64,000 nucleotides of DNA from contig OZ059895.1 in assembly GCA_964057225.1 (NCBI GenBank), positions 6,138,001 through 6,202,000 on the forward strand, read 5' to 3'. Both the position numbers and the translations under genes were made by a program. Position 1 is the first letter of the stretch. The number at the start of each line of letters is the position of its first letter. Shown piece after piece: positions 53,314 to 64,000 of this stretch. The stretch comes from Auanema rhodensis. Its lineage: Eukaryota > Animalia > Nematoda. The notes beneath the pieces were generated by a model. That model ran no database searches. It had not been told where the DNA came from and saw only the letters and a program-made list of their open reading frames with translations.

Positions 53314-56300
53314 TCAAATCATCCAATTGCTAATAATTATAAATATTAAATTCATAACAAGATCAGACAAATATAGGCCTGATGATAAATTTGAAGAAGT
53401 CAACTTAACTCTGCTAATTTCAGCTTTTTCTAAAAAAAATTAAATTAATTATATAAATAGTTATGTTTATCATACGTTGAGTTATGAATTGATAATGAGC
53501 ATAGAACCCTGTTGCATCAAAAATATCATTCGAATAGAAAATCATTCGAAAATAATTTGATTCAGAAAGAATTGGACCACGTGGTGCTATCTTCAATTAA
53601 GTTTAATCGTTTCAATATTTCAATATTCATCAAACATACTTTACCGCAAAATCGTCTATTAGTTCGATCATGAGTTTGATAGTTACTGAATAACACGAAA
53701 TCACTTTGAGTTGTCTCATCACATCTGAAATTAGGTTGCAAGTTTGGAAATTTTAATATTTTTTTCTAGCAATTATTGGTTTTAGTTGGTTTTCAGAGTT
53801 CTATATAGGAGAAAGGTACTAAGCTTAACACAAATACCAAGGTCTAAACGGTACATATTCAGATATTGAGAACAGAGACCCCACATCTTTATTTATAGGA
53901 AACCAGAAAAGTCTGATTTTTGGGATAAAACTAGGCAGAATATATCATACAACGTAAAAATTATTGCGATAATGAATATAAGGAAAAAGAAAACTTACTG
54001 ATTAAATCCCTCAATATCAAAATATTCAAAATGTATATGAACAATTTCATCTTCAGTTCCATGAAAAATGTATTCGCAATACATATTCCGTGGATAATAT
54101 CCTGGATAGTTAACAGACCACAACTTTCCACTTGATACTATAGAAGAATTAAAAACAAATCTACATGCTGAAACAGTTTAATAAAAATATTTTCGAAAGT
54201 TTAGCCTATTTGCCTTTTGTTTTATCCACTTTTGCTTGCATATGGGCCATATTCCAATCAGAATGAAACTGATATTCCAGTACAAAGCCATAATCAATCT
54301 TAGATGATTCTCGAATAGCACGAGAAGACTGTATGAGTATGATTTGCTTTCAACAATCAGTTCATCTTACCTTTGTGGTATATTCAAGTTGCATCAAGTG
54401 ACTACTACTCATCAGCTGAGGCGGTTTTGATTCTCCACACCATTCATCGATTCGAGACAATCTGGTTCCTACACGAACATCAGCTGTTAAATTATCCACA
54501 TCTCCACATCTTATATAGATAACATATATTATAAATAAGTTATTTCTATTATATATTCTAACCTTTTTGTAATATTCATATTATCAGGAACATATAATTT
54601 GAAATGATTGAACTTAATTGATATTCGTTCATTTGGAAAACCTAAGAAAATACAAAAAGTAATGGAAAAAAGTATCAATAAACACCTTGAAAAATTATTC
54701 TGCATTTAGTTGGAAGGTTAGTATTGGCTTTATGAGTAATTTGTTTTGATGAAAAAATTCCAAACTTATCGGTTTCGGATGTGATTGAAATCAAACATTC
54801 CGTTGATCCTTCTGAATAAGAATAAATAAATAAAATTATTATCTATTTCTTTAATATTTAGTTAATATATTATATAGTATTTGAGAGAAAAACCTACGAT
54901 CAATAAAATATATTAGAAATAGTATGAATACAGCACAGTGAATATACATGAGTATTCTATATTATTTTGATTTTTCAATATATCTAATCACAGATGATCC
55001 GTGTGATGCTTCAGCAAAATGATCGAAATTTCGAAGAGATCTGACTATGGTTGGAGGGATGTATTCAGGACCTGCTGCTCCTTCAAGAGACACCGACTGC
55101 ATAAGGCATGAGCAAGAGAGAGAGTACGCAGAGATTACGAGAGTTTCGAGAAGTAGAGAAAAATGAAGAAGAGAACTTACGAATAGACTCGTCAGTAGCC
55201 AGCTGCTTCGACCAATTTTCCGTCTTCTCGTAAACGAATTCAATTACTAGCCCTCGCCCCTAGAAAAGACAGAAGTTAAGATGTACCTTCTACAATGGTG
55301 GCTGGCTACATTTTCATAGATTAGCAATAGTTCCGTTATTTCTTTTTTTTATTTTGTTTTATTACTTCTTTTTTAAAAAATATATGAAAATCTAAACATC
55401 AACCGCTTTGTCTATTCATAGTTTTCAAAATGAAATATGTACTTTGCGTAAACTTAATAATAAACATTAAAAGGTTTGAACCATCTTCTAATTAATTCTT
55501 ATTTTAAAATTATTTCAATTTTCTATAAAACCTACTCTTTTAACTTTATTCTCTCCTGCTTTGAAAAATACTAATAAACTAGAAGTGGATGAAATATATA
55601 AATTATGAGAATCCGATCTTAAGGTTTGCAGCTTAGTTTTCTGAAAGAGAATGATGAAATAACAGAAGATTTTATGTATTTTTTGTTTGTTTTGCTTTTA
55701 CAAACTAATTTTTTTCAAGAGAGTAAGCTTACTCCATGGCTTGACATTTCAAAAACATCAATTTGTGCATCTGGAGCCAAATCTATCAACGACGAAGATA
55801 AAATTGTTAAATATCCTTTGTTTTGAGGCAAAATGTATGTACAGTTTATGAAAGAAGGATAAAAATATGGAAATTCGGGTGAATACAATGTTCCCTGAAA
55901 AAAAGATTAGTAAAAGTATTTTGCAATTTTTGCAAAAATTACTTTAAGTTTTTCAACCCGATAACTATATTCTGATAATTCGGCAGCATCAGATGAATAA
56001 TTATCTGAAATTAATATATTAATTAAGCATATTCCATATTTATTAATAGTTTTTTTAAACAAAATTGAATATGATTTACCTCGATGAATAAATCGATAAT
56101 CCCCAATGAATCCTTTAGAAGGATATGCATCTTGTTGCATTTGTAGTAAAAAATGATTAAATCTATAAATTAACTTTGAAATTTTTAATTTTCTTCAATT
56201 GAAGCAGACCTTGAATAGAAAATATGCCCAGGAACTATCTCCCGTTCACAAAACTCAAAGTCGGGTTGTTCTTCAAGGTGAATTAAGCCATCCGGTGAAT

Positions 56301-57430
56301 GATCGAAAAACTTCAAGCTACTCGAACAAGAGCTGCAAAGTTTTAAAAAAAATAAAAATTATATTATAATTAATAATTAATTTTTAACAATTTTTCATAG
56401 AAAACAAAACTATATAAAAAGTTTTTTATGTGAGGAATGGGGGACTTCTTTTCTTCTCGACATTTCTCCAGGGAGAATCCAACACTGCCAAGAAAATAGA
56501 GAAAATGACTCAAGACACAGATTTTAAAGCTGTAGTATGCAAACTTCAGTAATTGTAATTAAAATTAATCTTATTTTACTTTTTTTTCTCCATTTTTTAG
56601 TCTCTTCTCTTCTATTAGCTTTTAAACCCAAAAAGAAATTGGTATGGTTGGAACAATTCTTAAGAATATTTCGTTTTCTTTAAAAGAAAATACTGTTGCG
56701 AGCTTGTGAATTTCAAATTTTTTGTAGGTTATTGCTTAATTTCATCATAACACTATCTGTTCTCATAATAGCAGACAAATTCATTGAAAATATTAAATCA
56801 GAACAAGTAGGCTGTGGTAGCCAAATCTTCATGTAATGACTAATACGAGTAGCAGCCATAAGTAGGTTTTTGAATTTTAAGTAAAAGATGGGATTAAGTC
56901 TATATATGGCTTTTGGCTTAATCATAGGCTTAGATCTAAACACCAACTATGATGGAGCTTTTAGAAATTCTTCTAGAATATGAAGAAAATGCACATAAAG
57001 TACTTCTTTGAAAAATATTTTTAAACCTTGTTAGAATTTAAGATAGAGATGTGTTTTGCGAGAGATATATATGTATAATAAATCAAAGTATATGCTTACT
57101 TTCCTCGTCGGGGAGGCAAATGAAAGTTGTGAAAAACAATTTGAACGATATGATCTATAAAAAAATGGATAATTATAAGAAATAAGAAATAAATATAAAC
57201 AAACCTGGTGGAGCTTCAAAATGATAAAATATACATGATATATTAGAAAAAGAATCAGGATAATTGGGTGAGAAGAATGAACCAGTTGAATTGAATAAAA
57301 CGCATGGACAGTATGGGATAAACGAATCTGCTTGCACTTGCTTATTTAACATGAAATATGTAAGAAAAATAGGAAAAACATTATTTAATATGCCGTGCAG
57401 ATGTGATTTTAAAATGTCTGGTGACACCAT
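53314..57430 (-). CDS. sol-1: Four-CUB-domain protein, SOL-1 (AMPA receptor auxiliary subunit) ortholog
   Basis: CUB1 [23 protein letters not shown]2 [23 protein letters not shown]3 [29 protein letters not shown] and CUB4 [62 protein letters not shown]. Short hydrophobic C-terminus. The start codon is tentative. Confidence 0.82.
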
Positions 57431-59861
57431 CGCCTACATAGCTTTCAGGCTGGCATAAGCGTGTCCAGATGAATTTCCAGGACAGTGTTCAGATTTGAAG
57501 GAACAGATGATTTCAGGAAGTTGGAAAGAAATGAGGAGAGCCGATTTCTTCCGGTATTCCTATCTATATCTCTCGATCTTCGTCAGGGTGTCTGGTGCTT
57601 TTCCCTAAGCCAAGCAGGGAGGACGAAAGCCTCTTCTTGTGTCCACGCCCCTTTTTTAATGCATCTTCCATCAGAATCCATTTGAAGAAGCGAAGCAGAT
57701 AAGAAGCTGTACTCATTCATAAAGTGGTTGATGACCAAAGTTTCTTTTTCTTTGGGTTCTTCAAAAATCGAATAAGAAGAGATATGAAAAGAATAAAAAA
57801 TATAATGCATGTAAAGATTGTGATTGTTCAAAATGGTTGAAGGTCCAAGGAAGAAATATGAGAATTGCGGAGACGTCAATCGTTTCTCAAACCACAAACA
57901 CACACTAGCTTGGGCTTATATTATTCTTTTTCTCTCTCTTTTCTTATGTTACTTCATCCATCCCATCAATTTCTCTTCAAACTTAGAACATCATGCCCTA
58001 ATTAAACCATTATGAAGAACCAGCATATCAGATTCAAAAATTCTCAGCGACTATTGTTGAAATAAAGTAAATTGTTGGAAGGAAACAGAATCTGGCTCAA
58101 TTCAATTTGCCTGTTATTCGACGCCTAATTCTGGATTCTTTTGAAATTTATTTAGTACGATGATATGTGTAAGAGTCTTCAGAATCATATCTATCCAGTT
58201 AGAAAATCACCATCCTAAATTGCCTTATTTAGTGTCATCCACATATCAGAACTTAAATCATGATGACTGCCATCAATTGGGGAAGAGGCTTTATAAAGCG
58301 CTTTGATGCTCTTTATGGTTGATAGGCAAGAAGAATTATGAAATTCGCCTCTCTCCATGCATTCCATCTCTTTGGAGAATTTCTGACAACACATCGAGGG
58401 CTTTTGACCCCCATTACCAGCTTTTACATGAATTATAACTCCATATGGGAAGCTAGGCATAGATAAATCAATCGCTAAATATTTTCATTCATAAAACTAT
58501 TAAAATTGCAACAAAAAAAAGAATATTCATATGTACACATCGCCAATCAATACAAAGGAAGATTTACCACGGATCTGTCTGATAAGTTTTCAAACACAAA
58601 AAGGAAATTAGGAGTTGTTGTCAACAGCTGAATTTCTAATGAAATACAAGAAAACGTGACCCAATGTAAAAAAAACTTACACAAGTGCATTTCGTAAATG
58701 TAACCTGATCTTACTTGTTGGATTAAAGAATTTCTTTTAGCTATGACTAAGCATATACTAATTCCTGAAGTAAATTCAAATATGTAAAATGATCAAAATA
58801 TGAAAAAACTGGTTAATTCAGTTCTAAATGATCAAGTGATTTTAAATTTCGAACTAATTATTAACCTAAGAAAATTGTTGAAATTCCACTAATTCCAAGG
58901 AATACAACCAAAAATGAATAATATATCTCATCATTAGGCAGCGTTTTTACAAACTGGAATTCTAAAAAAGTCAAAATATATAACAAATAATAAACTAACT
59001 GCAAAGTCTGACATGTAATTTAGTTAGACCGATAATGAGAGATGAAAAGCTTTAAATGAATATGAAGTATTCCTAGATGTTTAAGTAAACACGATATACG
59101 AATGATAATATTTATACTTCAATTTCTAGGAAATAGTTATAAAAATTATATATTGAATTACTAATTTTATATATCTATATAATTTAAATATTTTAATTTT
59201 ATTTACTTCATTCTTTTATTCAAACAGTTAAGCTATTCTGCTATGTTTTTTCAATATCTTTTCAACACAAAAAGTTGTCTTAGTGATGGCATCTTCAATA
59301 TACACGAATAAGAGGGGCGGATGTCTCTACCGAAAAATCAAACGGGCTGTATGATGCCTCAGCGATCGGAATGGTGTTTCGTTCCACTGACATGACCGCA
59401 TATAAGGATGTTCTTAGAGACGATCAACCAGCCTACCGCCAAATCTGTGACTAGTCTCTCGTGCGTGTTTCTTCTTATTTCTCTAACGCAAGCCCAGAAT
59501 CTTTCGACTTTTCTGTTTTTTAAGATGTTTTTAATATTCTTAACGATTTTCAAATTTCGAATCATAAACATATTACTTTTTATCTATGAGTGCTTTTTCA
59601 ATATTTTACAAGAAAAGTTTTCTTGCATATATATAAACTTTATCGAAAACCCCCTGCGAGTGATGTTCTTAGTTTGCCCAGCTAAGACGTTCTCGTACAC
59701 CAACCATTCGTCATGTTTACATTATTTCAAATAAGAAGACCGTTCACGTGATTATCTCACGTGCTGCACTTTTATTTATTCTAATGCCATCCAAATATCT
59801 TCTAAATCATCAGATTTATATAAATTAGTATTCATATACAATATAAGTTTTTAAATTTCAG

Positions 59862-60839
59862 ATGGAGAAAGAAAGAAAAGGTAGCTTGCGGGGAGTTGCA
59901 TTTGCTGCAGTTGTTTTTTCAACCGTAGCTGTAACAGCTTGCTTAATCACTTTTCCTCTGGTCTTCCATTACATCCAGACTTTACAAGCTACTGTACAGG
60001 TTTGTCTCAACAAAATTTAGATTTAATTAATTCATATTGTTTCCTTTTTATCTGTAATTATTAAGGGAGAAGTTGAGTATTGCAAGTCTCGCTCACGCGA
60101 CATGTGGCACGAGATGGTAGAAGTTAATCCTTCTGCTCCCGGAAATGTTGATTCTCTGAAAGTATTGACAAGACGTGTAGCTCGTCAAGCCGAAGCCCAA
60201 TGTTGCACCTGCCAACAAGGACCTCCAGGAGTTGATGGAGCACCAGGACAAGATGGAAAAGATGGAAATCCTGGAGTTGGGCCAGGACCCGATGGACCAC
60301 CAGGACCTGACGCCGAACTTCATGACAGCTTGTTACCTGTTCCACCACAATGTCCATGCCAAGCTGCTCCTGGAATGACAGGACCATCTGGACCCCCAGG
60401 ACAGGATGGAACTCCAGGAAACCCAGGACCAAATGGAAATGATGGAGCCCCAGGACCACAAGGACCTGCTGGTATGCCTGGACCACCAGGACAACCAGGT
60501 CAAACCGGACAACGTGGACCTCCAGGAGAACCAGGAAAACTTATGCCAGGAAATGAAGCTCCTGCTGGTCCCCCAGGTCCCACTGGACGACCAGGACCCC
60601 CAGGACTTCCAGGAAAGCCAGGAACCCCTGGAATGGATGGAGCAAATGGAGAGCCAGGTCAACCAGGAGAGCCAGGTTGATACTTCACTTCTAAAATAAT
60701 TACTTTTTCTTATTTTTCAGGACAACGTGGACCAACTGGACCTCCAGGAACTCCAGGAGCCAATGGAGATGGTGGAGAAGCTGGATCACCAGGAAGTTGC
60801 GACCATTGTCCACCAGCTCGTCTTGCCCCCGGATATTAA
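59862..60839 (+). CDS. Nematode cuticle collagen; 3 exons
   Basis: N-terminal cuticle-collagen domain [38 protein letters not shown], furin site RRVAR, CCTC, Gly-X-Y blocks and [13 protein letters not shown]. Confidence 0.97.
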
Positions 60840-61730
60840 TATTGTTCAAATTTTCAATAAGAATAAAATTCTTTTGAATGTTCATATTTATTTTAATTTT
60901 CATGAAAAATAAGGTCAAAAAGCTGATGCAGATGCTAGTAACTAAAGACGAAATCCGATAACCGAACTGCAGATGGGGCCCCCGAGAGTAAAAGGGTGAA
61001 ACAGAGGGCAACAGCCGTTTAAAAGTTTTCCAATCTATGTGGACTACATAAAGCAGTGTTGTTGTCGTCGATTGATGCACAAATGGGGGAGTCAGATGAT
61101 CGAAAAGCAGTTGACGAAATAGCTATGTAGTCCTTCTTGTCCTTATTTTGTTGCTTGGAAGGACGATTCATAGAAGCTGACACGAACAGCGAGGTTGACA
61201 ACCAGAGAAGAATACTGAATAAGAGAACAAGAAAGAGAGAGCGCACAGGCACTTTGAAATTTATGCTATAAGAACAGAGGCAGTTGACCAGTTGGATTGA
61301 AGAACGCTCCAATGCTACAGTACCCGTCACTTGTTCAGGTCATGCGTTGGCCGTCCTCCAGTGTTATTAGTGAAGCAGCAGCTTCTCCGCTGAGCTTATT
61401 TACTTTACATTCAAACAAACTGTTCGCTTCTATCAGTCGTTGTTTCCGTTCTTCTATACAACTACACAGTATTCTCGAAATATTCTACTGCTATACTTTT
61501 TTAAGTAAGAGAAATATATATGTTAATATATTTGCATGGTCAATGACTTTATTTTGATCGGTTAATCGATTATGAATGATCACATCGACTGCGATAGTTA
61601 TCTTTTATGCCTTACATCTATCTTTATGATGGAATTTTAATATTATATTTTCTTAAATGTCGTCATTTTTTATTTTTAAAGTCCATTTTTTGTTTTTAAA
61701 GTCTTCCTTAATCCTTCATTTCAGTCAATA

Positions 61731-63166
61731 ATGGCCAATATAGAAATGCATTCATTCAATAATCAAATGCAGCCTCTTGTGGATAATTTAGCTCCCGATA
61801 TGACTGAGGTAAGGTAACTACTAAAACTATCTAGTTTTTTTCTTCCAATTGAAGGAGAAAGTTGATACTGCTCACGGAAAAGTGAAAGTAAGTATATATG
61901 GTGACCGTTCTAAGATGCCTTTGGTCACATTCCATGATTTGGGACTTGATTGTAAGTTATAATATTCGTTTGCTTTTATTTTATAATCTTGGTTTTAGCT
62001 GAAAGTAATTTTCAAAACTTTTTCCAATTTGTCTCTATTGCCGAGTTTACCGAGAAGTTCTGTATTTATAATATAAATGCACCAGGGCAAGAAGTTGATG
62101 CGCAGGCTATCTCGGAAAGGTTTGTCTTAACGTTATTTCAATAGTTCAATATTTTTTCAGCTTCATTTACCCTTCTATGGATGGTCTAGCAAAGATTGTT
62201 GAATCTGTTGTTGATCATTACAAGTAAGTTACATTGAAACATTTAATTTCCTTATCTTCAATTTGTAGCCTCAGCACTTTTATCGCTTTTGGTGTAGGGT
62301 TGGGAGCTAATGTTTTACTCAGATACACGGTATATCATTAATGTTTTTATGTCCTGAACACGTTTAGTTTTACAGCTAGTTAATCAAAACAGAGTAAACG
62401 CTCTTATACTTGTCAATTGCACAATTGCTCAAGCAGGATGGATTGAGTGGGGTTATCAAAAGGTTTTTTATTTAAAAAGAACAGAATACTCATCTCCTTT
62501 ATAATAGGTTAATCTTCACAACTTACGTACTCATGGTATGACTAACTTCACCGTCGATTACCTCATGTGGCATCACTTTGGTCGTCGCCTTGACGAATGC
62601 AGCACAGATATTGTTCGTCAATACAAAGTGTATTTCCAGCATTTGCCAAATCCAGTCAATCTTGCTGCTCTAATTGAATGCTATTTGAAGTATGTTCAAT
62701 TTGATGTGTAATTTTTGTAATGTTGTTCCTTTTAGTCGTTCCTCAATCATGATGTCTCGTGATGGAAATGCCGGACCTCAATTAAAGGTTCCCGTTCTAC
62801 AAATTGTTGGTGCCGGAAGCGCTTTTGTAAATGATACTGTATCAGTAAATACTGCATTGGATCCTTCAAGATCCGATTGGATTAAGGTTCTTGAAAACAA
62901 AGTGCAAATACAACTTCAGGTTTATAATTCCAGATTTCGGACTCATGTGGGTTAGTTCTCGATGACAGACCAGAAGCTGTGACTGAAAGTATGATGCTGT
63001 TCTTGCAAGGGTTGGGATATTGTAAGTCTATCTAATAAATTTCCGTTGAGAAATTGATTAATTGATTTCAGTCCCTACCATGAATGTTGTTAAGTTGATG
63101 AAGAAAATTCATGAAACTCAATCAGGATCTTATGCCGCCGTTTCTGAAAGCCTTAACGAGTGCTAA
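61731..63166 (+). CDS. NDRG / Ndr family alpha/beta-hydrolase-like pseudo-enzyme
   Basis: VDTAHGKVKVSIYG..PLVTFHDLGL, YNINAPGQE, YPSMDGLA, FGVGLGANV (Gly at the nucleophile position), GWIEWGYQK, YLMWHHFG and SCGLVLDDRP..LFLQGLGY. Confidence 0.93.
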
Positions 63167-63679
63167 TTTAATAATGTTTTTATAATTTTTGTAACATTCG
63201 TCTTTGAACTGTTCGATTAAGCAGCTTTAGAAAATTTTTCCAAATTTTCACGAAATGTTGATTATTTTCATTATCTCCTTAAGGATGCATTCCTTCATGC
63301 ACTTTTGTTGCTATCTGCTTAGCATTTTTCTCCTTCGATCTTATTTTTGGATTTATTTTTTCTTATTGTTCTATAGACTTTGAGCTCAGTGTTTTATATT
63401 TTACTAGTCATTTAAATTGTCCAAGCTTCACCTCCTCTAATTGTTTAACAATTACAAATCTACCATACAATCGATTGAACTTCATAAATTTTTTAAATTT
63501 TTTCATCGAGATCTGTACGGGTTTGGCAATCCTTGGAGCAACTACTTCTCTTCTTGTCGGAACACGGAATCTTCATTCTATTGTTTACTTCGTTATAGGA
63601 ACTGTGAGCTGACAAATTTTATAGAATACGGGAAAGCTAGTTGAACGGACAGAATTGGGAGCTGTAAGCTACTCCCAAT

Positions 63680-64000
63680 ATGCAAACCATAGACAATTTG
63701 AATGAATTTTGGTCTGATCCAGTAGTCAATTGGTTCGATTACTTTGTTAATCGATCAAAGTTTAATGAATTGCTCGAAGATACGAAGAAAAATAAAGGTT
63801 TTCATTGAAAATACACCATAAGGTAAATGCAATATTTAAAGATACAATCATATCTTTGGCTTTGCAATTTTGCGAACAAGCAAGTGTAACTGAGAAGGAA
63901 TATGATGTTATGGCTCAGAAATCTTTCCCAGCTGAAGATCTTCAGTTTATTCAGCGGAAATCCATCTGTCTATGGCTATGTTCCCTGTCCTGTTTAGCTT
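63680..64000 (+). CDS. 5' part of a probable Integrator complex subunit 8 (INTS8); continues past the window
   Basis: MQTIDNLNEFWSDPVVNWFDYFVNRSKFNELLE..DTIISLALQFCEQAS...LWLCSLSCLA resembles the INTS8 N-terminus (WFEFLL...L..QFLEQAS). The family call is from memory on a short fragment. Confidence 0.5.

Noticed and set aside
57990-58470. Stop-poor plus-strand stretch upstream of sol-1
   Set aside because: Several in-frame stops and no recognisable motif; cannot be called a gene or pseudogene.
60093-60699. Antisense and alternate-frame ORFs over the collagen gene
   Set aside because: Shadows of GGA-CCA-rich Gly-X-Y codons.

Overview
AT-rich eukaryotic genomic DNA from a nematode. Many introns are about 45-60 nt with TTTCAG-type acceptors, and the gene set is rhabditid/clade V-like; a Heterorhabditis-like genome is plausible but cannot be proven from this window. 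The supplied ORF track is mostly exon fragments or noise, so I spliced the gene models by hand. Genes in order: UTP14 (5'-partial, +), rpb-6 (+), a Patched-related protein (-), a ~1.05-kb non-coding element with ~170-bp terminal inverted repeats, mrps-15 (-), erm-1 (-, two alternative first exons), an LRR single-pass membrane protein (-), a DHHC palmitoyltransferase (-), a FERM protein with a C-terminal TM helix (-), a divergent Cys-loop channel subunit (-), mfap-1 (-), a signal-peptide-bearing bacterial Cds1-like PLP enzyme (+), a small secreted-protein gene broken by a TIR-less mariner fragment (+), sol-1 (-), a cuticle collagen (+), an NDRG-family protein (+), and the start of a probable Integrator subunit 8 (+). 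The most interesting observations are the apparently secreted Cds1-type cysteine desulfhydrase-like enzyme, the hidden 89-codon secreted-peptide pseudogene, a candidate short CUB3-4-only SOL-1 isoform, the atypical Cys-loop subunit in operon-like position, several GC-AG introns, and operon junctions with Ur-like elements. No tRNA, rRNA or CRISPR array was recognised.
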